Program-made: the position numbers and the translations under genes
In this document: piece by piece, positions 37,633 through 49,690 of the stretch
Numbering within the stretch: position 1 is the stretch's first letter
Layout of the letters: the number at the start of each line of letters is the position of its first letter
Notes under the pieces: model-generated
The model's database searches: none
What the model was told of the DNA's origin: nothing
Seen by the model: only the letters and a program-made list of their open reading frames with translations
Assembly: GCF_036365525.1 (NCBI RefSeq)
Contig: NC_090381.1
Span: forward strand, 77,851,174 to 77,915,173
Length of the DNA: 64,000 bases
Direction: 5' to 3'
DNA from: Heterodontus francisci
Taxonomy: Eukaryota

Positions 37633-37739
37633 GCATTATGCCACCGCCTCCCCAAGTCAGACTAAGGAAATGTGCAGTTCCACCAATCTCCCCTCTGACT
37701 CATTTCCAACGCAACGTTTAGCACAGATGACACAGCTTA

Positions 37740-38440
37740 ATGGTAAGAGACTAGGAACTGTTGAGGATCAAAAGAACTGGGTGTCCAGGGATATATCATT
37801 AAATGCGAGTGCAGAGGTGCACAAAGTAATCAAAAAGGTTAATGGAATATTAGCTGGGATACAAAGAAGAGGAAGATATGCTTCAGTTGTTCAGAGCCTT
37901 GGTCAGGGACTCCTTCTGGAGTACAGCGATCAGTATCAGCCCCAAACCTCAGGAAGGATATACTGGCATTGGATGGAGTACAGTGCAGATTCACCAGAAT
38001 GATTCCAGGGCTTGAACAGTTAAATTACAAAGTTCGGTAGCATAAACTTGGCTTGTATTCCCTTGAGTTTAGGGTGATCAAATCCAGATACTTAAAATTA
38101 TTCAAGGGCTTCAATGGCCAGATAAACTATTTCCTTGTTGGAAGTCCAGAACAAGGTGAGGTGCAATCTTAAAATTAGAGTTAGATCCTCAGGAGTAAAA
38201 TCAGGAATCACTTTTTCACACAGGGTAAGAGGAAATCTGGAACTCTCTACACCAAAAAACTATGGGTGCTGGATCAATTAACATTTTCAAGATTGAGAGT
38301 GACTGATTTTTCTCAGGTAAGAGTAGCAAAGAATATGGGTAAAGAGAGTTGAGATACAGATTAACCATGATCTAACTGAATAGCAGAACAGAATTAAGGG
38401 GGCTGAATAGCCTATCTATTGTATGTTGGTATGTTCATAA
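37740..38440 (+). mobile_element. Old CR1 3' fragment
   Basis: Degenerate RFTRMIPGL and FFTQ motifs with a CR1 tail. Confidence 0.65.
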
Positions 38441-38789
38441 TTCATTCTACCGTGATAAAATAGTGCAAAGAAAGAATGCGTGGTTTGAGGAAGCAGTCCT
38501 AATCCATGCATTGAACTCCCATAAACATCCAATAATTTTTGAATGTGAACCTTTTCACATTACAAAAACATCATTGGCCTTTTGTACCAATCTAAACTTA
38601 CTAAACTCATTTACATTTAATCTGCTAACAATATTTACCACAGTATAACAATGTTTTATATAATATATATCATACATCTAACATGTTAACTTCAATTATG
38701 GATCTTCAGTGAATATATTTCTGGCTTGAAGGAGGGGCAAGAAAACATTTATACCAATGAAGAGAAACAAGAGATTTTAAAAATCATAC

Positions 38790-38928
38790 TTTTAGTGATC
38801 ACAGGTTTAAAACCAATCTCATCAGCTGCCTCCAATGATTCACATGTTTTTCTTCTGTCAAAAGGCTGATTACTTTTGACTGACTCATGACTGTGCTTAG
38901 CTTTTGGACCAGAGCTTTTGTCCAGATG
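38790..38928 (-). CDS. DIS3L2: Candidate upstream DIS3L2 exon (acceptor uncertain)
   Basis: Donor AAAA|gtatga is phase 1 and compatible with the next exon. The frame is open (HLDKSSGPKAKHSHESVKSNQPFDRRKTCESLEAADEIGFKPVITK) with a pyrimidine-rich tract upstream. Several alternative AG acceptors exist and I recognise no homology. Confidence 0.45.
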
Positions 38929-38989
38929 CTTTGGACCAGATGCAACAGAAACAGATAAAGTATTTAATATAAATAGTACTTTCTTCCAA

Positions 38990-39423
38990 CACTCCTGTGC
39001 TCACTGACCTTGGCTCCCAACCAAGCAACATCTTAATTTTAAAATTCTCATCCTTGTTTTCAAATCCCTCCATGGCCTTGCCCTTCCTATTTCTGTAATC
39101 TCCTCCAACCCCACAACCCTCCGAGATGCCTGCGCTCCTCTAATTCTGGCGTTTTGACATCCCTGATTTAAATTGCTCCTTTGATGGCCACGTCTTCAGC
39201 TGCCTAGGTCCGAAACTTTGGAATTCCCTCCCTACACCTCTCCACCTCACTTTCCTCATTTAAGACATTCCTTAAAACCTACTGCTTTGACTAAACTTTT
39301 GGTCATCTGACCGAATATCTCCTTATGTGGCCCAGTGTCATATTTGGTTTTATAATGCTCCTGTGAAGCGCCTTGGGATGTTTTGTCACTTTAAAGATGC
39401 TTTAAGTTGCTGTGCTGTTGTTG
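38990..39423 (+). mobile_element. L2 LINE 3' end
   Basis: LHWLP-like / FKILILVFKSLHGLA / LWNSLP region and an L2 tail ending (gtt)n. Confidence 0.75.
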
Positions 39424-39811
39424 TAAAGTGGGAATTCAGTGCAGAAGGGGAAGGAAGTGCTGCTTTTATTCTTTATATTTTAACTCCAATAACTCCTGAG
39501 TGTTTTTCTTTTGTCTCCAAACGAGGAGACTGTAATTTGCTATTATTTTTCTCTACTAAATAGTAACTAGTTAACTCATTAAATAAATAAATAAATAAAT
39601 ACAGTTAGATAGACATGGCAGGGCTGGTGATGCACCGTAACTGCCACAGATGGCAATTTGTGGAAAGCACTGCAATCCCAGACAACCATATCTGCAGTAA
39701 GTGTCTGCAGCTTGAGCAATTTCGCAGAAGTGTTGAGCTGGAGACAAAGCTGCAGACATTGTAGGGCATCAGGGAAGGAGAAGAATTGTCTGGATTCACA
39801 CCCCTTAGGTT

Positions 39812-40277
39812 AGAACAAAGAACAAAGAACAAAGAATATTACAGCACAGGAACAGGCCCTTCGGCCCTCCAAGCCTGCGCCGATCCAGATCCTCTACCTA
39901 AACATGTCACCTATTTTCTAAGGGTCTGTATCTCTCGGCTTCCTGCCCATTCATGTATCTGTCTAGATACATCTTAAAAGACGCTATCGTGTTCGCATCT
40001 ACTACCTCCGCTGGCAACGCGTTCCAGGCACCCACCACCCTCTGCGTAAAGAACTTTCCACGCATATCCCCCCTAAACTTTTCCCCTCTCACTTTGAACT
40101 CGTGACCCCTAGTATTTGAATCCCCCACTCTGGGAAAAAGCTTCTTGCTATCCACCCTGTCTATACCTCTCATGATTTTGTACACCTCAATCAGGTCCCC
40201 CCTCAACCTCCGTCTTTCTAATGAAAATAATCCTAATCTACTCAACCTCTCTTCATAGCTAGCGCCCTCCATACCAA
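39812..40277 (-). mobile_element. CR1 3' fragment nested in CR1 ORF1
   Basis: YEERLSRLGLFSLERRRLRGD..TRGH with a (ttctttg)n tail. Confidence 0.9.
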
Positions 40278-41314
40278 TGGTCAGGGACAGGAGGACGTGA
40301 CTGCAAGTCAAACAGATAAGGGGATCCTTCTCGAGCTACAATATGTCTTTAACCCTGGATCTGCGCAGGCAACACAACCTTCGGAACAGCCGGTCGCAGA
40401 TGCAGAGAACAGTATCTATCCTCCTTACTACACTGGTCCCTTATCACTACACACACTTGGAAGGCCTCCTGCACCATGGTTCCATGGTCAGTATGCCCAT
40501 CCAACCTGCAGTCCTTGTTCTCATCCAAACAGGTAGCAAGTACCTCTTCCCTGTTGGTCAAAGTCAAGGGTCGAGCCTCCTCCATCACTATAAACACATG
40601 ACTCAAACAGTGGTGTGGGAAGAAGGGGTTTGGATTCATGGGGCACAAACACCAGTAATGGGGAAAGAGGGAGCTGCTCCAATGCGATGAGCTCCATTTA
40701 AACCAGGCTGGGATCAGTGTCCTGCAAATTGTATAACTAGGGCTGTGGATTAAGCTTTAAGCCAAAAGAGTGGAGGGGGGAGGGGTCAGGTGAAGAGAGA
40801 TTTAGAAATCTAGAGAGAAAAGTCAAGGCAATAAAGCAGTATAGCAATTTGGGTAAAGACAGCAGAGAGGGATAGGAAGGGAGAGTGTGCTTAACGGTAA
40901 TAGTGCATCAGCAAATGAAGGCCCTTTAGCTGAATATGCAAAACATTCATAATATGAGAGATGAACTGGCAACACAAAATAGAGATAAATATTTTAGATC
41001 TAATCGCTATTGCAGAAACATGGTTACAAGGTGACCAAGTTAAGGAAATAAATATTCCAGAGTATACAACATTTCAAAAAGACAGACAGAATGGAATAGC
41101 ACAAGTAACCCTGATAGTAAAAGATGACATAAGAGCAGTAGCAAAAAAAGAATCTTGACTCAGATAACAGGAAGTAGAATCAGTATGGGCAGAGATTAGG
41201 AATAGCAAGGGTCAGAAAACACTGGTGGGAATAGTTTATAGGCCCTCTAGGAGTAGTTATGCCATTGGATAGAGCATTAAGCAGAAATAATTGCAGCTTG
41301 TAACAAAGGCATTA

Positions 41315-42457
41315 CGCCTAGACATCAAGGCAGCATTTGACAGAGTATGGCATCAAGGAGCCCTCACAAAACTGAGGTCAAATGGGAAAACCCTCCGCTG
41401 GCTGGAGTCATACCTAGCACAAAGGAAGATGGTTGTGGATGTTGGAGGTCAACCATCTGAGCTCCAGGACATCACTGCAAGAGTTCCTCAGGGTAGTGTC
41501 CGAGGCCCAACCATCTTCAGCTGCTTCATCAATGACCTTCCTTCAATCAACATTCAATCATGTTCACTAATGATTGCACAACGTGCAGCACCATTCGTGA
41601 TTCCTCAGATACTGAAGCAGTCCGTGTAGAAATGCAGCAAGACCTGGACAATATCCAGGCTTGGGCTGATAAGTGGCAAGTAACATTCGCGCCGCACAAG
41701 TGCCAGGCAATGACCATCTCCAACAAGAGAGAATCTAACCATCTCCCCTTGACATTCAACGGCATTACCATCGCTGAATCCCCCACTATCAACATCCTAG
41801 GGGCTACCATTGACCAGAAACTGAACTGGAGTAGCCATATAAATACCGTGGCTACAAGAGCAGGTCAGAGGCTAGGAATCCTGAGGCGAGTAACTCACCA
41901 CCTGACTCCCCAAAGCCTGTCCACCATCTACAAGGCACAAGTCAGGAGTGTGATGGAACACTCTCCACTTGCCTGGATGGGTGCAGCTCCAACAACACTC
42001 TTGAAGCTCGAAACCATCCAGGACAAAGCAGCCCGCTTGATTGGCACCCCATCTACAAACATTCACTCCCTCCACCACCAACGCACAGTGGCAGCAGTGT
42101 GTACCATCTACAAGATGCACTTCAGCAATGCACCAAGGCTCCTCAGATAGCACCTTCCAAACCCGCGACCTCTACCAACTAGAAGGACAAGGGCAGCAAA
42201 TGCATGGGAACACCACCATCTGCAAGTTCCCATCCAAGTCACACACCATCCTGAGTTGGAACTATATCGCCGTTCCTTCACTGTTGCTGGGTCAAAATCC
42301 TGGAACTCCCTTCCTAACAGCACTGTGGTGTACCTACGCCACATGGACTGCAGCGGTTCAAGAAGGCAGCTCACCACCACCTTCTCAAGGGCAATTAGGG
42401 ATGGGCAATAAATGCTGGCCTGGCCAGCGACGCCCACATCCCATGAATGAATAAAAA
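41315..42457 (+). mobile_element. 3' part of the CR1/L2-group LINE family seen at 28830-32012
   Basis: LDIKAAFDRVWH, VPQGSV.GP, QQDLDNIQAWADKWQVTFAPHKC and YKAQVRSVME motifs, tail gaatgaataaaaa. Confidence 0.88.
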
Positions 42458-43405
42458 TTGTTGGGGGCCTTAATCTACATACAGAATGGACAAACAAAAT
42501 TGGCAAAGATGGTCTGGATGATGAATTTTTAGAATGCATTTCCAACTATTTCCTGGAACAAAATGCTGTGGAACCAATTAAGGATATAGCTATTTTAGAT
42601 CTAGTATTGTGCAGTGAGGGAGGTTTAGCTAGTAATCTCATGGTAAAAGATCCTCTGGGAACAAATGTTCATTATGCAACTAAATTCCATATTAAATTTA
42701 AAAGCGACATCCTCCAGTCCAAACAAGATTAAACTTAAACAAAGCCAATTACATAGGTATGAACGGAGAGCTGGATAAGGTTGAATGGGCAAATAGACTA
42801 AAAGGTACGGCAGTAAATAAATAGTGGGAAACATTTAAAGAAACTCAAAATGTTCAAAAATACATTCCATTAAAAAACAAAAACTCATCAAGAAAGATCC
42901 ATTCATAGCTTACTAGAGAAGTTAAGGATAGTATTAGATTAAAAGAAGTTTACACTGTTGCAAAAAGGACTGCCTGAGGACTGGGAGTGTTTTAGAAAAG
43001 GGTGACCAAAAAATTGATAAAAAGGAAAAAAAAGTGTACACTAGCCAGGAATATAAAAACAGATCGTACAAGCTTTTTCAAGTATATAAAAAGGCTAACA
43101 GTAGTTGTTGAAGCAGAGTTGTTGAAGTTAGAAGCAGAGACAGGAGAAATTATCATGGTGAATGAGGAAATGGCAGTCATTGAACAAATATCATGTGCCT
43201 GTCTTCACAATAAAAGACACAAATTACAACCAGAAATACGGGATAAGCAAAGAGCTAATAACAGTAAAGAACATAATGTAATTAATATCAGCAGAGAAAA
43301 AGTATCGGAGAAACTTAAGGGACTAAAAGCCAACAAATCCCCTGGACCTGATGGATTACATCCTAGGGCTCTAAAAGAGGTAGCTACAGAGACATTGGAT
43401 ACACT

Positions 43406-43732
43406 GTTTAGTTTAGTTTAGAGATACAGCACTGAAACAGGCCCTTCGACCCACCGAGTCTGTGCCGACCATCAACTACCCATTTATACTAATCCTACAC
43501 TAATCCCATATTCCTACCACATCCTCACCTGTCCCTATATTCACCTACCACCTACCTATACTAGGGGCAATTTATAATGGCCAATTTACCTACCAACCTG
43601 CAAGTCTTTTGGCTTGTGGGAGGAAACCCACGCAGACACAGGGAGAACTTGCAAACACCACACAGGCAGTACCCAGAATTGAACCCGGATCGCTGGAGCT
43701 GTGAGGCTGCGGTGCTAACCACTGCGCCGCCC
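43406..43732 (-). mobile_element. HE1/V-SINE-like SINE
   Basis: Same family as 11975-12322, with a (taaac)n tail and TSD cactg. Confidence 0.88.
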
Positions 43733-44698
43733 ACTGGTTATGGTTTTCCAAACTTCTCTAGATTCTAGAACTGTCTCAGCAGGCTGGAAGTTAACAAATG
43801 TAACCCCACTATTGAAGGGAAGGAAACAGAAAATAGGGAATTACAGGCTAGTTCGCCTGACATCAGTCATTGAGAAAATTCTGGAATGTACTATTAAGGA
43901 AGACTTAATGCACTTAGAACATCATAATATGATCATACAGACTCGGGTCTGATGGAGTTGGGGGTAATATATTAGCATGGATAGAGGATTGGTTGACAGG
44001 AAGCAGAGAGTAGGCATAAAAGACGAATTTTCAAGTTGGTAGGCTGTGACTAAGGAAGTGCCACAAGGATCAGTGCCTAGGCCTCAGCTATTTACAATCT
44101 ATATAAAATGAGTTAGACAAAGACACCGACTGTAATATACCCAAGTTTGCTAATGATACAAAGTTAAGTGGGAATGTAAGCTGCAAGGAGGAGACAAAGA
44201 GGCTGCAAAGAGATTATAGGCAAGTAACGTGAGTGAGCAACAAAGGTGGCAGATGGGGTACAATGTGGGAAAGTGTGAGGATAATCACTTTGATAGTCAG
44301 AAGAGAAGAACAGAATATTTTTGAAAAGGCATGAGATTCTGAATGTTGATATTCAGAGACTTGGGTGTACTCATACAAAGAACACAAAGTCAGCACACAG
44401 GGTACAGCAAGCAATTAGGAAGGCAAATAGCATGTTGGCCTTTATTGCAAGGGAATTGGAGTACAAGAATAAGGAAGTCTTGCCACAATTGTACAGGGCT
44501 TTGGTGAGACCACACCTGGAGTACTGTGCACAGTTTTGGTCTCCATATTTAAGGAATGATATACTTACATTGGAGGTGGTACAGTGAAGGTCCACTAGAT
44601 TTGTTTCTGGCATGTCCTATGATGAGAGGCTAAGTAAATTATGGAGTTCAGAAGAATGAGAGGTGATCTCATTGAAACATATATGTTTCAAAGGGAGA

Positions 44699-44897
44699 AC
44701 AGAAAGTGCTGCAAATACTCAGCAGGTTTGGCAGCATCTGTGGGCAGAGAAATAGAGTTATCAAAGGTCTGATGAAAGGTCACAGACCTGAAACATTAAC
44801 TCTGTTTCTTTGCCCACAGATGCTGCCAAATTTGCTGAGTATTTCTGGCACTTTCTGTCCTAATTTCAAAGTTCCAGCATCTGCAGTATTTTGCTCT
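44699..44897 (+). mobile_element. Penelope-tail foldback element with hammerhead-like core in the loop
   Basis: Arms 44699-44760 and 44797-44858 are reverse complements with mismatches. The loop contains ctgatga-aaggtc-aca-gacct-gaaa. Confidence 0.75.
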
Positions 44898-46467
44898 TCT
44901 AATTGTCTACCCTGCCAAGCCCCTTCAGAATTTGAAGTTATTTCCCTTGGTTAAAGAATCTAGGATACTGAGGCACAGTAGCAGGATAAGGGGTCCATCA
45001 TTTAGGAGTGAAATGAGGAGAAATTTCTTTACTCAGAGGATTGTGAATCTTTGAAATTATCTACCCCAGAGGGTTGCAGATGCTCCATCGTTGAGTGCAT
45101 TCAAGGCTGAGATAGATTTTTGATCTCTCAAGAAATCAAAGGTTATGGGGAGTGCATGGGAAAGTGGAGTTGAGACAGATCAGCCATGATCATATTGAAT
45201 GGCAGAGCAGACTCGAGGGGCTATATGGTCTACTCCTGCTCCTATTTCATATGTTCTTGGGTCTTTATTAGAAATCTGGGTTTTTTCAATTTCACAAGAA
45301 CTGAAAGGTAATCTTGTAGAAATATTCTTATTGAAAAAGGTAAATTCAAAACACAACTTCAAAGAAAACCATGAGGGAAATTTAGGATCAACATCAAGAT
45401 GTTCTCTTTTCTACTAAAGAGCAATTAATGTTTGGAGCTCCAGGTAGCGTACTGAAGGCAAAACAATCCTCGGAATCAGCTTTTAAAAAGTTGGATGTTG
45501 GCTCCTTCTAAATAATGAGCTAACATGGATGGGTCAAATAAACTCTCATCTGCATTTAGCAGAGGAATCATCAGCAAAGGAATAAACTTGATATAGAAAA
45601 TTACAATCTATGATAAAATTGCAGCAATTGGGAAATTTTGTAAGTGTCTATATATCTGTTGCTTTCATCAATATAGGCTTACATCTAATATTGTATAGAC
45701 ACCTTTTTTGCCCTATTCTTTGTCAGAACCACATAGAGTTTTATCCAGACCAGAACTTGGTTTGTCACATATGTTTTCAGCCTTCACAAAATATACCTAA
45801 CATATTTTAGTGATCATTGCATTACTTTTGACCAAAATCAGTACCAGTTCTTACTGTAAAATAACAATTACATTACTTATGTAATGCACAGTACAGTAGC
45901 AATTTTTGGCAACAAAACCATTAAAGGTAGTTCCATCTGTAAAGCACTAATCCAATGTAACAACTTTTAAATTTTAACACCCAAACTGCCAAGAAAATAA
46001 GACATTAGGATTCACATTAAATAGGATTTTATCAGCTAAATTGCAGGAACCAATTTAAATTCAATATATTTATTGATGAAGCTTTGTTTAGAGAACACTC
46101 TACACCCAAAATAAGAGTTTATCAATGCTGCCATTTGACTGCCCAGTAATCCCCATATGACTTACAATTCTTAGAATATTTGCTAGCAGTATGCATTTTG
46201 AAATTAAACACACGTTACACTATAAAAGGAACACAGTGTACCACTTGAAATATCTACTTAAAATCTACTTTTGGGGTAGGAATATTATAATATGTAATGT
46301 GTTTCTAAGCAGTGGGCAGACAACACTTTAAAAGTCGAGTAGGCAGAAATCCAGGTGTAATTAAAAACCATGGGGTGTAAATTTCTGTAATAATAAAACG
46401 TGGAAGAACACCAACATTTTATTCCATAATTTAAAAAATCCCACTGCAGAAAACACACATAAAAATA

Positions 46468-48780
46468 CAAGAATTAGGAGCAGGGGTAGGCCATTCGGCC
46501 TCTTGAGCCTGATCCGTCATTCGATAAGATCATGGCTGATATGATTGCGGCCTCTACTCCACTCTCCTATCTACCCCCATACTCCTCGACTCCCTGTCAA
46601 TCAAAAATCTACCTAACTCAGTCTTGAATATATTTAATGACCCTCTAGGAAGAGAATGCCACAGACTAATGACCCTCAGAGAGGGAGACCCCTAATTTTT
46701 AAAACTATGTTCTGATCCTAGACTTCCCCACAAGAGGAAACATCCTTTCAGCATCCACCCGGTCAAATCCCCTCATGATCGGGAGCCAAAATAAATCGCG
46801 GCAAGAGCGAGGCTATGCTCTTTGGGAACTGGGCTGACCGATCCTTTGTTCTCTTCATCATCAGGTCAGACTACCTGAAGATGCTGAGGATATGGTTTGG
46901 AGGGTCCGGGGCGTGCGCCAAAATCTGGAAGGAACGTATGGCCATGGTAAAACAGAAACTGGGCACGTGGAAGCAGCGCTCTCTCTCCATTGCGGGTACG
47001 AACCTGGTCATCAGGTGCGAGGAGCTCACCATGTTACTGTACGTAGAGCAGGTCTGGCCCATACCCCACTCCTGCACTGTGGTGGTCACCCAAGCCATCT
47101 TCCACTTTATCTGGAGATCGAAAATGGACCATGTCCACAGGGACACGATGTTCAAACCTCTGAATAAAGTGGGCAAAAAGTACCCAATGCTGCCCTCATC
47201 CTGATGGCCACCTTTGTGTGCAGCTGCATCAAGCTCTGCGTAGAACCCCAGTATGAAAACATGAAGTGTCACTATGTGCTGAGGTTCTATCTGTCCCCGG
47301 TGTTGAAGGATGGGTCTGGTCACATTGCCGCAGAATGCTCCCTTCAGTTGGGCCGTGCTGTGCCACCTAGCCTTCATGGAAAAGTTTGTGCAGAAAAACA
47401 CCTTTGACCACAAATCCATCAGGCAGTGGTCTGTACAGAATGTCCTCAAGGCTCTGAGGGAAAAGATGGTGGATCCTATCGTATGTTTCCCCAAGCAGAC
47501 TGCCAAAGTCATTTGACAGAATGCTTCATCGCCAGAACTTGCAAACAAGCATCAAGACGTAGCTTGGTTGGTGGTGAGAAGGGCCCTCCCCGTCAGATCC
47601 TTCCTGCACGCCCGGCGTCTTACCCCTCCGCACGCTGCCCTCCAGGTGGCTGTGGTGGGGAAGAAATTGTTGTTCACCTCCTTCTGGAATGTGTCTTTGC
47701 AACACAGGTCTGGAAAGAGATGCAGTGGTTTGTGCCGAGGTTCATCCCGACTAGCTACGCACACCAAGATAAACATCAACTGTTGTTGGAGGACCATCAA
47801 CTCGGTGAAAGACACTCTTTGGTCTGCCCGAAACTTGTTGATCTTCCAGTGCAAAGAGTTTTCTACAACCGAGTGTTGCAGACTGGCACATTCCAAGGTC
47901 TAGGACTACGTGCTGAGAGGCAGCCACCGCAAAGGCTCAATGGGGAAAGGCCACTGTGTAAGGCCCTCCTGCCATAGTGAACCAAGGGGCTGGAACCCAT
48001 GTAAAACCCCTCAGGCTATATGCACCAAAAATGTTTTTGCTGTGTAATGCAAATGTAAATTGCATATAAAATGGAATGGCAAGAGTTATTAGGTACCTCA
48101 TGTTCTGTATCGAAGGAATCTGATCTCTACTGTAATTTCCGAAATGTGAAATTTGAACAGTTTTGCAATGTATTTTTGCAAATTTTTATGAATAAAGTAT
48201 ATTTTTGGAAAAAAAATTATATCCTTCCTTAAGGAGACCAAAACTAAGGTACCATAGTGAGCAGACCGTTGCCTAGTCATGTTACTTGGCTATTGTACCA
48301 GGGGAATAGCTCCAAATGTGGTCTAACTATGGCCCTGTACAGCTGTAGCAAAACCTCCCTACTTTTATACTCGATTCCCCTTGCAATAAATGCCAACATT
48401 CCATCTGCCTTCCTAATCATTTGCTGTACCTGCATACTAACTTTGTGATATATGTACCAGGACACCCATATCCCTCCGTACTGCAGAGTTCTGCAGTCTC
48501 TCTCCATTCAAATAATATACTGCTTTTCTATTCTTCCTGCCAAAGTGGACAAGTTCACATTTTCCCACATTATACTCCATCGCCAATTTTTTGCCCCCTC
48601 ATTCAACCTGTCTAAATCCCTTTGTAGACTCTATGCCCGCTTGACAGTTTACTTTCCGACCTATCTTGGTCATCAGCAAATTTAGCTGCCATACATTTGG
48701 TCCCTTCATCCAATTCATTGATATAGATTGTAAACAGTTGAGACCCCTGCACTGATCCTTGCAGCACTCCACTAGTAACA
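46468..48780 (-). mobile_element. CR1 3' half, interrupted by a Tx1-like LINE and a 65-bp insertion
   Basis: Tail at 46468-46545, RGIEYKSREVLLQLYRAIVRPHLE and VTSGVLQGSV..KFADD. Confidence 0.82.
46778..48216 (+). mobile_element. Tx1/L1-group LINE 3' part
   Basis: YLKMLRIWFG, WKQRSLSIAG.NLV, FIWRSK, a zf-RVT-like CP.GGCGGEEIVVHLLLECVFA..VW, then aataaa and poly(A). Confidence 0.85.
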
Positions 48781-48941
48781 GAATTCACACAATTCAACAT
48801 TGCACATTTTAGCAATTTTATTAATTATGGAGGAGGACAGGCTTCGCCCATTTTTAACAGACTTCAGCTGTCATATTTCCCCTGGTACAATAGCCAAGTA
48901 ACATGACGAGGCAACGATCTGCTTACTATGGTACCTTAGTT
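48242..48941. repeat. 65-bp inverted repeat pair (48242-48306 and 48877-48941)
   Basis: aactaaggtaccatagt...gtaccaggggaa versus its reverse complement, with 3 mismatches. Confidence 0.9.
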
Positions 48942-49199
48942 AGAACCACTCATGACGGTTTCCAACCTAATGTTGTCTGTAACAGATCCGCTAAAATAAT
49001 TTGACATGTGCTGCTGTTGGTTCACCACTCAATCCCACCCATCCTCTCCTGATCTAGCTCTGCAGGTACCAACTCGCCAGAAGAGGGATTATTGGCAACA
49101 AAAGTTAATGTTACAATCACACTAATGTACAGTGTAGAAATAGCTCGCGGGTGAAGAGAAAGCAATCTGTCAAGATAGCAGATATAGATATTAATTTGA

Positions 49200-49690
49200 A
49201 ATCACTTGGGAGCTGCTATAAACAAAGCCAAAAGAATGCTTAATTACATAGCCATATCAGTTGAACAAAAAATAAGCTATACAGTGCCTTGGTCAGACTG
49301 TACCTATGATACAATGAAAACATTTAAGCCAAGGAGCCAAGCAGAAAGCAAGAGGCTGATCATAACTCAATCTTTTGAAATTAGGGAATAAAGACTGGAG
49401 AAACTGGAGTTCTTCAGTCTCAAAAATAAGCTTCTGAGATAGGAAGCTAATGGAAGTGTACAAGACATTCAAGGTACAGATTGAGCTAATCCAAAGCACA
49501 ACCTCAAAATGTGTCACCATACTAGTACAAGGGATCATATGTTAAAAATAGAAAATTTAGGACAGATGTCAGGAACAAACAACTACATACGAAAAATGAT
49601 TAATACTTGTAACAAAAGTCTGGGTAGAACAGTGAAGGCAAAAACCTTGGACTCATTCAAGAGACCGATGACATAGCAAGAGAATGTAAA
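49200..49690 (+). mobile_element. Highly decayed CR1 3' fragment
   Basis: KAKRML..I, RLEKLEFFSL and TRDH-like motifs. Confidence 0.55.

Larger units (their letters stand above)
39424..45258 (+). mobile_element. Old near full-length CR1 with internal inversion and four nested insertions
   Basis: ORF1 Zn-finger at about 39615-39760, inverted esterase piece at about 40330-40590, EN IAIAETWL, KSPGPDGLHP, RT, YCAQFWSP and tail at 45180-45258. Confidence 0.8.
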
